Of a stretch of 64,000 nucleotides of DNA, positions 1 through 10,221 are shown piece after piece; position 1 is the stretch's first letter; each line of letters begins with the position of its first letter. The notes beneath the pieces are model-generated. The model saw only the letters and a list, made by a program, of their open reading frames with translations. It was not told where the DNA came from and did no database searches. Location of the stretch: the IMG/VR virus record IMGVR_UViG_3300020057_001229, positions 1 to 64,000 of that record; one strand, written 5' to 3'. The position numbers were made by a program, and so were the translations under genes. This DNA is from a virus.

Positions 1-1425
1 TCATCGTTGCCTTCTGTTGATGGGGGCTGACCAGTCGGAGCTATTTTGGGGAGCTTCAAGATACCACCGAGCCACTTTGTCCCATGACCGCTCCGTTATA
101 AACGTATGTTGATTGTCACGGACTTCTTGGGCGTAAGTTGGTTCTTCGAAAATCTTTTTAATCGTGGTCACGTATTCTTCTATAGAACGACAGACCGGAA
201 TGTAGCCTTTGAACTCGTGGAAGAAGGGAACGTCTCCTACGATTGTCGGCGTGCCGCTAGCAAGAGCAAGACGGACGGCACCGGACGCTCCATGCACTCG
301 CCAATCGGGATGGTTCCAATATGGAAACAGGTTGATTTTAGCCTGTTTCATGTAGGAGAAAAGAACTTGTTCCGATCTGAAGCCTTTATGTAGCACTACG
401 TTGCTATAGAGACTTCGCTCTTCGAGCTGCTCCATCAACTTTTTGTAATATTCTTCGTGGAACGACATGTAGAACTTAGACATATTGAAGATGCCGATGT
501 AGGCAACTTCTGGGTAGTCTTTGATAAGCGCATCGACGACATCTGGAACAGTTGACCACCCTTTGTATTCAAAGCCAAAGCCGAATTGGAAAAGCATGTT
601 CTGATTGTGGAACGTGGAGTGTTTGATTTCGGTTTCAGTTTGCTGCATACAGCCGTGGGGGATGTAGTGGATCGGTGCGTGGGTGATGCCTTTCTGGCGT
701 AGGAGGTCTCTTGCTGTCTCGCTGTGAACGATGATCTCTTGGCAAGGTGATTCAAAGACGAGCTTATCGACGTGTTCGTAAACCGAGTGCAAGATGACGA
801 CGGTCTTGTAGCGAGACGACAAGTAGCCGATCAACATGTTCCAAGACACGGGATTGTGAAAACTGCCGTACTCATGTTGGACGTAGATGATGTCGGGGTT
901 GTATTCTTTGATAGCTCCCAAAATCTTACTGTAGTCGCCCTTCGTTCTATCCCAGCAGCGGACAATGTTTTCTTCCGGTGGGATGTCGTCAGCCTGCTCT
1001 GCGAAGATGCAAATGTTTCCGACGAGCTTTGACATTTCTTCTACAAGCATTTTGCAGTAGGTGGACATCCCACAGTTTGTCCCATAGCTAGAAATGATAG
1101 CTACTTTTTGGTTAGTTTTCTCTTGCTGTGTCACGACTCGCTGACCTAAAGCAGTTGTGGCTGGACTCGTTGAGGGGCGAGACTTAGAGGTTCCCTGTGC
1201 TGCGATTTTATTAAGCATTGCAGCGGAAGTCCCCCTACGGGCAACTTTGCCGTCTACGACTTCGTAGTCTGCTTTTAGAATTTCGGGATCAATGTTTGCT
1301 AAGTCATTGTCTAGACGCACGAAGGTTGTGGTGCTGTTGTAAAGCAAGGTCTTGGAAACGACTTCTATTTTCGAACCACGATAGCCAATATACAAAGCAG
1401 CTTCTCCTAATTCTTTTGATTTCAA
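1..1425 (-). CDS. Glycosyltransferase (GT-B/GT4-like) with N-terminal extension
   Basis: CGMSTY, VQHEYG, IPHG, FGFGFEYKG, FPY...GASGAVRLALASGTPTIV motifs typical of GT4 enzymes. Confidence 0.75.
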   Translation of the reverse strand: MKSKELGEAALYIGYRGSKIEVVSKTLLYNSTTTFVRLDNDLANIDPEILKADYEVVDGKVARRGTSAAMLNKIAAQGTSKSRPSTSPATTALGQRVVTQQEKTNQKVAIISSYGTNCGMSTYCKMLVEEMSKLVGNICIFAEQADDIPPEENIVRCWDRTKGDYSKILGAIKEYNPDIIYVQHEYGSFHNPVSWNMLIGYLSSRYKTVVILHSVYEHVDKLVFESPCQEIIVHSETARDLLRQKGITHAPIHYIPHGCMQQTETEIKHSTFHNQNMLFQFGFGFEYKGWSTVPDVVDALIKDYPEVAYIGIFNMSKFYMSFHEEYYKKLMEQLEERSLYSNVVLHKGFRSEQVLFSYMKQAKINLFPYWNHPDWRVHGASGAVRLALASGTPTIVGDVPFFHEFKGYIPVCRSIEEYVTTIKKIFEEPTYAQEVRDNQHTFITERSWDKVARWYLEAPQNSSDWSAPINRRQR

Positions 1426-1465
1426 AAGAGAATCTAGGAGCGATGGGCGGGAGTGTCCAACCTAC

Positions 1466-1909
1466 CTATTTTGTAGGGTGAAGGTCCCAAAACTCCTTGA
1501 GCCAGCGAGTGACACGGGGACGGTTGTGCGCCATTTGCTCTTTGAACCCACGGTCAAGCCCCATGAAGTCAGAGTCTTGTTTGTAAGGGTCAACATCCTT
1601 AGTGGCGAAGTCGTCGAACATCTTCGAGCCTTCAGTAAGGTCGATCCTCGTGTCGCCGACAACTGCGTAGACGTGATCCGAGTTCCCTCGCATCTTACCG
1701 CCGAAGAGCTTCACGGCGAACATGGCAGCGAAGATGCAGGCGTTGGTGAGGTCTGCCGGGTTGCTTTCGCCTCGCTCCGTGGAGCGTTCCCACCACTTGT
1801 CCAACAGAAACTTCTTCGCCGACTTGATGTTATCCGGCGTCGGTTCGAGGACACGTTTCTCGCCTGCTACGACGACGTATTTGCTTGTGATTTTACGAAT
1901 GATGCTCAT
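1466..1909 (-). CDS. Hypothetical protein with KY-x-V-x-A N-terminal leader (putative virion-packaged)
   Basis: 147-aa ORF; leader shared with several ORFs in the window. Confidence 0.6.
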   Translation of the reverse strand: MSIIRKITSKYVVVAGEKRVLEPTPDNIKSAKKFLLDKWWERSTERGESNPADLTNACIFAAMFAVKLFGGKMRGNSDHVYAVVGDTRIDLTEGSKMFDDFATKDVDPYKQDSDFMGLDRGFKEQMAHNRPRVTRWLKEFWDLHPTK

Positions 1910-1934
1910 GGCACCTAATCTGTGAAACGACGAA

Positions 1935-1960
1935 GGGTGGTTCCCCGTAGGAAACCACCC
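1935..1960 (-). terminator. Hairpin, probable terminator of the lipoprotein gene before IS insertion
   Basis: GGGTGGTT(C)CC/GG(A)AACCACCC inverted repeat just downstream of the reconstructed stop codon. Confidence 0.5.
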
Positions 1961-1981
1961 AAGCTTAGACTACGCTTTTAG

Positions 1982-3136
1982 TTCCTTCTGAAAGAAGCCC
2001 CCGTCCTCCGAGGGCGGGGATGAATTTCAGTTAGTTAAAACCTGAAATCAGTGTAATATAGTTCCATGTTTCTAACCTACAACTTCAGAGTCAAAGACGC
2101 TTCTACCAAGAACCTTCTGAAGAGAATGGCTTCTGACACAAACTTCGTTTGGAACTTTTCAAACAACATAGTCAAAGACAACTGGCAGAAATCTAGAAAA
2201 TATACCTCTAAGTATGATTTGAACCCTCTCTTAAAGGGAAGTTCTAAATACCTTAATATAAACTCGCAGACAATCCAAGCTGTAGCTCATGAATGTGTTT
2301 TGAGGACACAGAAAGCAAAGAAATAAGTCAGATTCAGAACCGCAAAAAGAAACTTGGGGTGGGTTCCAATAAACGGGCAGACCTTCAAACTCCAAGGCTC
2401 AACTCTCATTTATAATAAGAAATACTTCAAACTTTGGAAATCTAGAGACCTGCCTAAAGACGCCCTTATTAAAACAGGATGCTTCTCCCAAAACTCTGAA
2501 GGAAAGTGGTTTTGTAATATAACGTTTGAAACTAAGCTTCTAGCTCGGAAAGCCCCCGAAAGGGAAGTCGCTCTAGATCTCGGTTTAAAAACCCTCTACA
2601 CAACTTCAGACGGTTTAAAGTACGAACTGAGAGTTAATAACACTAAGAAATATGCTTTAAAGCTGGCTAAAGCGCAAAGAGCTAAGAAGAAAAAACAAGT
2701 TACTAAGATCCACACCAAAATTAAGAACTCTAGAAAAGACTGGAACCACAAAGAAACCACAAAACTAGCATCGAATTACAACCTTATTTTCGTCGGAGAC
2801 GTAAGTTCTAAGGCGCTGAAGAAAACTAAGATGGCGAAGTCTGTTTCAGACGTAGCCTGGTTTCAGTTTAAAACTTTCCTGAAGTATAAAGCTATTAAGC
2901 ACTCAGGAGAGATGCATGAAATTAAAGAAAGATTTTCCACAGTAACTTGCTCGGTTTGCCTGTCGAAGACAGGTCCGAGCGGACTAAGAAACTGTGGAGT
3001 AAGAGATTGGATATGCAGCGGTTGTGGCTCTAGCCATGACAGAGATACAAACGCTGCTTCAAACATTCTCCGTTTCGGGCATGAAACGCTTAACTTAAAA
3101 GGAATCCCACGGCTAAAGCCGTGGGGAGGATGTCAA
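1982..3136 (+). mobile_element. IS200/IS605-family (tnpB-only, IS1341-type) element
   Basis: Follows TTAG; left-end hairpin CCCCGTCCT-CCG-AGGGCGGGG; right end GGAATCCCACGGCTAAAGCCGTGGGGAGGATGTCAA; removing it restores ...PGTLKA* for the flanking minus-strand ORF. Confidence 0.9.
2066..3136 (+). pseudogene. tnpB: TnpB RNA-guided nuclease interrupted by an in-frame TAA at 2324-2326
   Basis: ORFs 2066-2326 and 2354- are in the same frame; TYNFR N-terminus, ALDLGLK, CSVC/CSGC zinc ribbon, HDRDTNAA. Confidence 0.9.
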
Positions 3137-3583
3137 CGTACCTGGACGTTCAAACATCTGCTTAAGCCTAAGGCTCTCTGCCGTAATGCGGTAGAAAAGT
3201 TGATCGGCGTAGGTGCCGTAGGTGGTAGCTGCATACGCTGTGCGGAAGCCTGCGTAAGTCATGCGTTCATAAATACGGTACGCATCTTCGACCTTGAAGT
3301 AGGTCACTTCGTTAAGTGCCGTCTCCAAGTTCTCAAGGGAGAGCGTAGCCGTATCTATAGAATCACAAAGAGCCGAGTAGGTGTTTACACAACCTACCGG
3401 CGAACGGATGTCGGTGTAGTCAAGGCGAAGTGTCGTAAGCGAGCTTAAAGCTTCAGCACGACGGAACCAACGGGGATCATTCTCAACCGGAGCTTCAGGC
3501 GTAGGAGCTGAATCACTCTTCTTAGAAGAGCTACCGCAAGACACTAAAAATGTGAGACAGCACAAAGCTACAAGCCTACGCAC
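3113..3583 (-). CDS. Putative lipoprotein; C-terminus altered by the IS insertion
   Basis: Signal peptide and lipobox-like LVSC. Confidence 0.6.
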   Translation of the reverse strand: MRRLVALCCLTFLVSCGSSSKKSDSAPTPEAPVENDPRWFRRAEALSSLTTLRLDYTDIRSPVGCVNTYSALCDSIDTATLSLENLETALNEVTYFKVEDAYRIYERMTYAGFRTAYAATTYGTYADQLFYRITAESLRLKQMFERPGTLTSSPRL

Positions 3584-3870
3584 GCAACAACTCCGTCAGT
3601 TATCCTGTCTGTATAATTTTACCGCAGCACTTTCGGCGGTGAACGCAGCCATAAGTTGTTCTTTGGTCGCTACAGGCGAATGCCGAGGACCGCCAAAGAC
3701 GTAGGTCTTTCTCTTTTTCTTCTTGGACATAGGCTTGCGGGTCCGGTCAGTGATAGCTCCGGGTGCGGCAGGAACCGATGAAGTAAGATAGAATCGCATA
3801 GGAAATACCTCCACGGCAGATAGTGCCATAGTATTCTAATGAATACAAGCTGCATTCTATAAACTGCTTA

Positions 3871-4755
3871 TCATTTCAATAACTTGTACTTAGAAAGGAC
3901 ACGCTCTCTGAGGGAGCCTAAGACACGATTCCACACCGGAAGGTCTTTATCGCCAAGCCGTGCTATCTCTTTTTTGAAGCCTAAGTCTCGGGGCAGGTTC
4001 TTGTAAAAATGCTTAGCCTTCGATTGGCTGATCTTATACTGTTTTTTCACTTCTTCGTCTAGCATGATAATTTTTTGGGCACCGGCTTTTTTTGCCATAT
4101 CAACTAAGGTAGCCAAGAATTTCTTCTCCCAGCCGCCTAAGTGTTTGACCAAGAACTCTTGAAGCTGTTTGGTTTCGTCTACGTTGATGACGGACTTCAT
4201 AAACGTCTCAAGGCTTTCGGTCATCGACGAGAAGTCTTTTTCCCAACCTACGTAGTCCGACTGCATCTCTTCGACGATCCACATATCTTTCAAAGTGTAG
4301 ACCCGAGCCCATGCGAAGGTGTGGTCGCCCAAAGGGTGTTGTGAGCCTTTGTACTTCTCAAAGACTGCCGTAAAGAACTTGTTGGCGGCTGGGTCCGCTT
4401 CGATCTTGGTAATCATCTCTGGTGTGAAGTTGAGCTGGAACACCTTCTGAGCCGAAGGTAGGATCTTTTGCAGGTTCATCTTCCATTCAGTTTCCGAAAG
4501 CCAAAACTTTTCGTCTTTAGGATTGATTTGGCTGATTTCATTCTTGAGATCTTTGACGCTGATTTTGTTGGTCTTCGTAAAAAAGATGCTTTTGAGATTC
4601 TCCGCAATCTCAGGGTAAGCCTCTTTGACATCGTTATAGTGGATGACCCTATCGTCAGGTACAGCTTTTAGATCTTGATGGATCATCTCTTTAATAGGGG
4701 CAATGACCGTAGCGTTGCCTTTTTTGACGGATATTTTTGCGTTTACTTCGAACAC
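3871..4755 (-). CDS. Hypothetical protein, paralogue of 50724-51668 (WARVYTLKD..WI.EE.QSD)
   Basis: Direct alignment of motifs between the two ORFs. Confidence 0.75.
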   Translation of the reverse strand: MFEVNAKISVKKGNATVIAPIKEMIHQDLKAVPDDRVIHYNDVKEAYPEIAENLKSIFFTKTNKISVKDLKNEISQINPKDEKFWLSETEWKMNLQKILPSAQKVFQLNFTPEMITKIEADPAANKFFTAVFEKYKGSQHPLGDHTFAWARVYTLKDMWIVEEMQSDYVGWEKDFSSMTESLETFMKSVINVDETKQLQEFLVKHLGGWEKKFLATLVDMAKKAGAQKIIMLDEEVKKQYKISQSKAKHFYKNLPRDLGFKKEIARLGDKDLPVWNRVLGSLRERVLSKYKLLK

Positions 4756-4760
4756 GGTAG

Positions 4761-6953
4761 TTACCTCGCTAACGGCAAGAGAAGTTGGAGGAGGTCTAGC
4801 TTCTCGTCCGATATTACATCTTGCTTAAGAGCAGTTTTGGGATCAATAGCCTTCTTAAACCTTGGCAGTAAACCTTTGTCTGCAAACGCTTGGAGGAGTT
4901 CTTTAGAAGATTTCAAAGCTGGGATGGTGAGCAGTCGTTTGATAGTCGCCTTGTTGTATTCACCGATTTGTTCCCGGTGCTCAGCCATACGCTCCAAATA
5001 GTCCATTACGACATCTTTTGGATATTTCGATTTACGGTCGAGAAGCTTATTGATCGCAACCGCTTGCACATTGAACTCTTTAACTTCTAGCATCTTCAAA
5101 AGCGTCTTCGAGTTCATTAGATCTACGAACTTTGTAACACGGTCGTTCACTTCTCGAATTTCAATCTTTGTAGGGTTTGCGATCCAGCCTGCAAGTTGTT
5201 TGATGTTATGGTTAGACGCCTGCGTGAAAACGGAAGCATCGTCGCCAAGCTCATTAAGCAAAGGAGCTATCTTTTCGACTGTCGTAGCTTGCGGAAGTTT
5301 TTTGGCGAAGGCTTCCCACTCAGTATCCGTAAGCGAGATATCAACATCTTCTTTCATTGCGATGAGCAGGAGGTCCAACGCAGAGTTGACGTTCACTACA
5401 TTAAGCCAATCCGACGCATCGACTTGGGTCAGCAGCCTGCTCCTAATAAGGGGTGCTGTAAGCGCCATATCGACGAGGGTCTTAAACTGTTTGCTTTCTG
5501 GTCCGTCTGAGATGATCTGGTCGATAATTTCTGGATGCTTGAATATGAGATATGCTTTTTCTTTTTTATAATAGTCGTGGTCTATTAAAGCCTTTGCGTC
5601 ATGGGTAACTAAATCCTTTTCGGAGATGTCGAAAAGATCAAGCAGATGCTTAAAGTCTTCGTCGTTTCCTTTTAAGTTAATTTCGCTGACAATACTTGCA
5701 ACTAGCTTAGTTCCTTCGGTCTTAGCATTTAACACTACTTCTTGTTCATCATCGTCGTCTTCGTCGTCGTCTTCCTTAGCTTCGTATCTTCCCTTAGATG
5801 GTTTTAGGATGCCTAAAACACGAGGAATAAGAGCCTTAACCCACGAAGCATAACCTGACCTTTTATACAACAGGAAGAAGTTGTAAGCATCGTAGGGGTA
5901 ATCGTCAGATGCTAGACTTAATTTATCCCAATCTAAATTGAGGCTTTGGATCTCTTCGGGTTTTAAGCCCAACATAACTTTATAAAAGCTGTTGCCACGG
6001 TAGTCGTAGAGCGCCTCTTTAAATTCGTCAGGTCCGAGGGACTCCAGAATTTTGCTGAAATCCATCTCATGGGCACTCATGTAGGGAAGAAGACCGCTGA
6101 TATGTTTCGTCTCCATTCCAGCGAAGATTCTGTAGTCCGTGGCGTCATCACCATTGTTGGAGATGGCATCTTTTAGCTGTGAAACGAAGTCGTCTTTGTC
6201 TGCTGCTTCTTGGTAAAACCGAGGGACGAGCAGCGGCTTTTTTCTGTATATTTCGTCTACGATATCGTAGTCAGGATTTAAGATTTCGGGGAGATACTTC
6301 TCTCCGACTCTGAGAATATCTCCGAACAGGTCATGCTTACCCGTTGCATTGCTCTTGAAAAACTCGTAGGCAAATGACTTAAAGCGCTCTGGCTTGGGTT
6401 TTGTTCTTAGGTAAGCCTTTAAAAGTCTCAGTGCCGTTAATGAGGAGTCGCCTTCCTCAGCGTCATCCAACTGCTTCTTAAAAGCCGGACAAGAGATAAG
6501 AGCCTTAGCGACGGCTGGATCTGGCTCGTTAGAAGCAGTCAAGCGATTCACCATGGCTGTGAAAATGTTATCGTAGGACTCGTCTGTTCCAGTCGTCAAA
6601 ATATCGAGAAGTTCTGTGCTGTAGTCCCTTTCAAGAACATCAACGTCTTTAGAGAGCAAGTCTTCGTCGCCGTGCTCTTTAATGTCATCGAAAATCATTT
6701 TTCTCTGCACGTCATCTTTTAAGTCCATGAGGATGGAGAGAAGATTTGGACGGTGCTGATAGAGTGCGAACCTGTTCTCTAATGTAAAGGCTTTGGGTAG
6801 CGCCGTCATATAGATGGGAATAAGCTTTTCGTTTTCTCGAAAAAAGTCCACGAAGAAGTCATTATCGTTGATCCCTTCGGCTGCTTCAAGAGCAGTCTCT
6901 TTGTCTTTAGCGGCGTACTTAATAAAGACTTTTTTAAGGATGTTCTCAGACAT
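4761..6953 (-). CDS. Large alpha-helical protein; C-terminus related to 47562-50711
   Basis: Long ORF; probable ATG at 6953; C-terminal LLQLLLPLAR vs LLRLLVQLAR. Confidence 0.75.
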   Translation of the reverse strand: MSENILKKVFIKYAAKDKETALEAAEGINDNDFFVDFFRENEKLIPIYMTALPKAFTLENRFALYQHRPNLLSILMDLKDDVQRKMIFDDIKEHGDEDLLSKDVDVLERDYSTELLDILTTGTDESYDNIFTAMVNRLTASNEPDPAVAKALISCPAFKKQLDDAEEGDSSLTALRLLKAYLRTKPKPERFKSFAYEFFKSNATGKHDLFGDILRVGEKYLPEILNPDYDIVDEIYRKKPLLVPRFYQEAADKDDFVSQLKDAISNNGDDATDYRIFAGMETKHISGLLPYMSAHEMDFSKILESLGPDEFKEALYDYRGNSFYKVMLGLKPEEIQSLNLDWDKLSLASDDYPYDAYNFFLLYKRSGYASWVKALIPRVLGILKPSKGRYEAKEDDDEDDDDEQEVVLNAKTEGTKLVASIVSEINLKGNDEDFKHLLDLFDISEKDLVTHDAKALIDHDYYKKEKAYLIFKHPEIIDQIISDGPESKQFKTLVDMALTAPLIRSRLLTQVDASDWLNVVNVNSALDLLLIAMKEDVDISLTDTEWEAFAKKLPQATTVEKIAPLLNELGDDASVFTQASNHNIKQLAGWIANPTKIEIREVNDRVTKFVDLMNSKTLLKMLEVKEFNVQAVAINKLLDRKSKYPKDVVMDYLERMAEHREQIGEYNKATIKRLLTIPALKSSKELLQAFADKGLLPRFKKAIDPKTALKQDVISDEKLDLLQLLLPLAR

Positions 6954-7012
6954 TGATGCTACCTTTGATTGGAAGTTCGTAGCATTCAATCTTCCTCTCA
7001 GAGTTCCCCAAA

Positions 7013-7504
7013 GTGATTATAACGCCTAAGCAATTGTCTAAAGAGCGCCTCGACATTGGTAACGCTTCCGGCATCTACGTTATGTCTCACGATCAAGCCC
7101 GAACGTTCTACCCGAAGAGGGACGCCTTCTGTATCCGCATTAGGTCGGCGAACTTTGAATGCCAGCCGCTCGTCCACGCCGACCGCTACAAAAGCATCGA
7201 CCTATTCACGTTCGCCGACGTAGACTTCGACGACAAAGACTTTGAGCCCTTCACCACGGCGCAAGCCGCAGCTATGGTTGATCTTTTCGAAAAGTTCAAA
7301 GACCTCAACCTCGTCGTCCACTGCATGGCTGGTCTGTCGAGATCACCGGCTACCGCTTTGGCTTTCCTCTACTTCAAGCAGGACGTTGAAGGCTTCAGGC
7401 AGGCTTCGCTCTACTTCACGATGGCTAACAGCCACGTCTACAGTCTGCTCAAAAACGAGATCGACCGCAGAGCCGAAATTTATACCAATAACGTTATGCC
7501 GTAG
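7013..7504 (+). CDS. Protein-tyrosine/dual-specificity phosphatase-like protein
   Basis: VHCMAGLSRS CX5R P-loop; FADVD acid loop. Confidence 0.8.
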   Translation: MIITPKQLSKERLDIGNASGIYVMSHDQARTFYPKRDAFCIRIRSANFECQPLVHADRYKSIDLFTFADVDFDDKDFEPFTTAQAAAMVDLFEKFKDLNLVVHCMAGLSRSPATALAFLYFKQDVEGFRQASLYFTMANSHVYSLLKNEIDRRAEIYTNNVMP

Positions 7505-8271
7505 ACTTTCTGGAACCGTAAAATGGCGTCTACGAAATGTGAGGGCAGCCGTTTGAAGGTCTCCACCACCATCATCTTCGGGATCTTACGGTAGTGAGCT
7601 TCCGCAATTGCTCCGGCAATGGACGCCTGCGTATCGGCATCTCCACCTAACGAGATCGCAAGCCTTATCGCCGACTCGAAGTCCGTGCTCTCCAAGAAGG
7701 CTCTGATTGCTTGCGGAACGGAGCCTTGGCAGGTGGCGTCCATTTTGTATTTCTTACGGATCATGTCGAGCGGCGTCGAGAGGTCGTAGCCGAAGCGAGT
7801 TTCTAGTTCTTGCCGCAACTTGTCTTTGCAGTAGCCACCATGAACGCACTTGTTCACCCAAACGGCATAAGCAACAGCTTGAGCCCCCTTAATGCCTTCG
7901 GGGTGACTATGTGTGGGGTACGCCGACGCCGCAGCTTCACGTAGAAGGTCGGTCTCTTGGCACTCGCTGTAGGCAACAGGAGAGACCCTCATAGCTGATC
8001 CGTTTCCGAACGAGTCGCCGGGCTTGGGGTCGTCCGACATAAACCAAGCTTTGAACGTCTTGCCGTAGCCTGCGTCAGGGTAGCGGCGACACCAATGAAG
8101 AAGAGCAAGCTCGTAGTCTTTGTGGTGCATCACGGCTTCAGCAACGGCTAAGGTGCAGACCGTATCGTCGGTGAACTTAGAGAACGGTGTAAAGAGTTTG
8201 AAGTCCGTCCGTTTCGTAGGATGAAATTCATAGGTACTTCCAACCATATCGCCAATAAGCGCACCTAGCAT
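7480..8271 (-). CDS. ADP-ribosylglycohydrolase (ARH/DraG family)
   Basis: GALIGDMVG, FTDDT, SFGNGSAMR, THSHPEG, GGDADT. Confidence 0.93.
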   Translation of the reverse strand: MLGALIGDMVGSTYEFHPTKRTDFKLFTPFSKFTDDTVCTLAVAEAVMHHKDYELALLHWCRRYPDAGYGKTFKAWFMSDDPKPGDSFGNGSAMRVSPVAYSECQETDLLREAAASAYPTHSHPEGIKGAQAVAYAVWVNKCVHGGYCKDKLRQELETRFGYDLSTPLDMIRKKYKMDATCQGSVPQAIRAFLESTDFESAIRLAISLGGDADTQASIAGAIAEAHYRKIPKMMVVETFKRLPSHFVDAILRFQKVYGITLLV

Positions 8272-8712
8272 AATTTGATCCTAAGCTATGTTAGAAAGCT
8301 CTTCTTGTTGAACTACGGGAACGTCAAGCCAGAGGGGTGCGTTTTCTTCATCTAAGAACTGCTGCTGCAAAACCTTATCAGGAACTCGCAACATGCGTCC
8401 ATTTTGAAGAGAGACCACATGTCCCCTCTCAACGTAACGAAAGACCGGCGTGACTAAGTAGTTTTTACCTTCGATCTTTTTGAGCCAGCCGTTCGTCATT
8501 TGACCTCCGTCACATCTTCTAACTGGTAAACTCTTCTCACCCAACCGTTCGACACGTTGTCCATGCCGTACCAAACATGTACTTCCGTACAAGCAGGATC
8601 ATAGTAAAGACCGTTTACCTTCTGGCATTGGATGCCTACTACGGTTCCGATGCCGTCTACTGTTTTGACTTTACTGAAGATGGGAAGACGCAGGATGTCA
8701 ACGTGAGGAACA

Positions 8713-8973
8713 TCACCGACTTGGCAGTGTGGATAGCAAGGTAGGTTTTCCATACGTGCCACGGTCTCCAGTAAAAGGTTTCCAATTGGAAATCTCCACG
8801 GCGGAGATCCTGACAATCTGGTCAGACCTTACACGGCACGGCGTATGCACGATGTTGTACCAGTCTACGATGAGCGAGATTGTCCCGTTGTCATCTTTAC
8901 CTAAGTAGCCTCGAAATTCAAGAGCTACGTCAGTGTTTCGGTCATGTTTATAGAGCTGGTGTCTCTCGAACAT
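8713..8973 (-). CDS. Hypothetical protein
   Basis: ORF with GGGAG SD upstream. Confidence 0.5.
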   Translation of the reverse strand: MFERHQLYKHDRNTDVALEFRGYLGKDDNGTISLIVDWYNIVHTPCRVRSDQIVRISAVEISNWKPFTGDRGTYGKPTLLSTLPSR

Positions 8974-9018
8974 TTTTCAACTCCCTTCCGCTGAAGCTGC
9001 TACCGAGGCAGATTACCT

Positions 9019-9055
9019 TTGACATCCTCCCCACGGCTAAAGCCGGGGGATTCCT
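9019..9055 (-). mobile_element. Isolated IS200/IS605 right end
   Basis: AGGAATCCCCCGGCTTTAGCCGTGGGGAGGATGTCAA on the minus strand, closely matching 3100-3136. Confidence 0.8.
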
Positions 9056-9125
9056 CTTTTAGTAACACCAGCACTATTGATCCGCAACTACCTCACAGTA
9101 CACAAAGCCAGTAACATATCTTTAA

Positions 9126-9201
9126 TGGAGCCCGAGGTCGGAGTCGAACCGACGACCTTCACATTACAAGTGTGCTGCTCTACCAACTGAGCTACTCGGG
9201 C
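9126..9201 (-). tRNA. tRNA-Thr(UGU)
   Basis: Cloverleaf; loop CTTGTAA; encoded CCA. Confidence 0.95.
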
Positions 9202-9212
9202 ATTTTAAAAAA

Positions 9213-9299
9213 TGGCGGAAACGGTGGGACTCGAACCCACAAGGCTTTTACACCCACTCGCTTTCCATGCGAGCCGACTACCAATTATCACACGTTTCC
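9213..9299 (-). tRNA. tRNA-Ser(GGA)
   Basis: Cloverleaf with long variable arm; loop ATGGAAA; G73 + CCA. Confidence 0.93.
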
Positions 9300-9307
9300 A
9301 TAAATAA

Positions 9308-9535
9308 TCATTCTTCACAAATCGCAACTCTGAAAATGGGGTCCTTATGAAACAGAGGAGGACAATCGTCGGATTGATACATATTTTCTACACACCCGAT
9401 AAACCCCTCGTCCCCTTCTCGATACTCTACTACTTTCTTTTCTCTCAGCATGAACTTTAAAAACTCACAATGCTCAGGTCTTTGAGCGACTACGGAGTAG
9501 AGTGCTAATTCTGATTCGTAGATCACTCGGTACAT
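9308..9535 (-). CDS. Hypothetical protein within the Ser/Thr tRNA operon
   Basis: Small ORF overlapping the stop of the upstream ORF. Confidence 0.5.
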   Translation of the reverse strand: MYRVIYESELALYSVVAQRPEHCEFLKFMLREKKVVEYREGDEGFIGCVENMYQSDDCPPLFHKDPIFRVAICEE

Positions 9536-9777
9536 TACGTCTCCATTTGAGCTAACAGCGGCGTTACACGAGCGTTTCTCTCTGCAAAATAAATAGGACT
9601 AGGCTGCTTAGCTATCCACTCAACGCACTCTTCTTCCGTATCGAAATCTGCTGCTACGATGTCATCTTGTTCGTCGATTACAAACCAAGCCTTCATCGAC
9701 TTTTCCGACCGCTCTTTACACTCGTCGTGGTACTTGAACCAAGAATCTGGCGGTCTGCCCACGTTTACATCATCCAT
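9535..9777 (-). CDS. Hypothetical protein within the Ser/Thr tRNA operon
   Basis: Small ORF with AGGTG SD. Confidence 0.55.
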   Translation of the reverse strand: MDDVNVGRPPDSWFKYHDECKERSEKSMKAWFVIDEQDDIVAADFDTEEECVEWIAKQPSPIYFAERNARVTPLLAQMET

Positions 9778-9794
9778 AAATCACCTTTGAAAAA

Positions 9795-9882
9795 TGGCGG
9801 AGCAAGTCCGATTTGAACGGACGGTACTTTTACATACGGCGGGTTTCAAGTCCGCTGGTTTAAACCGCTCACCCACTACTCC
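9795..9882 (-). tRNA. tRNA-Ser(UGA)
   Basis: Cloverleaf with long variable arm; loop CTTGAAA; G73 + CCA. Confidence 0.93.
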
Positions 9883-9894
9883 GTTATAAAGCAC

Positions 9895-10116
9895 TTACAA
9901 ACACCTCTGTAGGTTTCCGTTCTTATCTTGTTGCACATCCCAAACAGAACCGTCGTTTTCGACGATGACCGTAATGCGCCCTTCTACGAAGTCACACGTC
10001 ATACATTCGTACTTGTTGACGACACGAACGATGTGGTCTCCTGCAAAGGAGAGAACCATCTTTTCGCTGTTACCGTCCCAAGGGTGTCCTACGAGATCTT
10101 TCAAAACTTGCATCAC
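9895..10116 (-). CDS. Small protein, possibly protease-inhibitor-I78-like
   Basis: DLVG...VRVV...MTCDF..GRITV pattern; family call is tentative. Confidence 0.4.
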   Translation of the reverse strand: MMQVLKDLVGHPWDGNSEKMVLSFAGDHIVRVVNKYECMTCDFVEGRITVIVENDGSVWDVQQDKNGNLQRCL

Positions 10117-10135
10117 TACACTCCGAACTAAAGAA

Positions 10136-10221
10136 TGGCGGTAGCGGAGAGACTTGAACTCTCAAGGCTGTTACACCCGACCGCTTTCGAAACGGCTCCA
10201 ATACCATTATGGGACGCTACC
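10136..10221 (-). tRNA. tRNA-Ser(CGA)
   Basis: Cloverleaf with long variable arm; loop TTCGAAA; G73 + CCA. Confidence 0.93.

Noticed and set aside
1933-1947. AAGGGTGGTTCCCCG resembles the T-box consensus
   Set aside because: It is one arm of a simple inverted repeat, with no upstream stem I or specifier loop and no suitable downstream gene.
2324-2326. In-frame TAA as a sign of stop-codon reassignment
   Set aside because: TAA, TAG and TGA all end well-conserved genes at expected positions, and no suppressor tRNA is present.
3137-3448. C-terminal extension of the TnpB ORF
   Set aside because: Read-through beyond the element's TCAA end, antisense to the lipoprotein gene.
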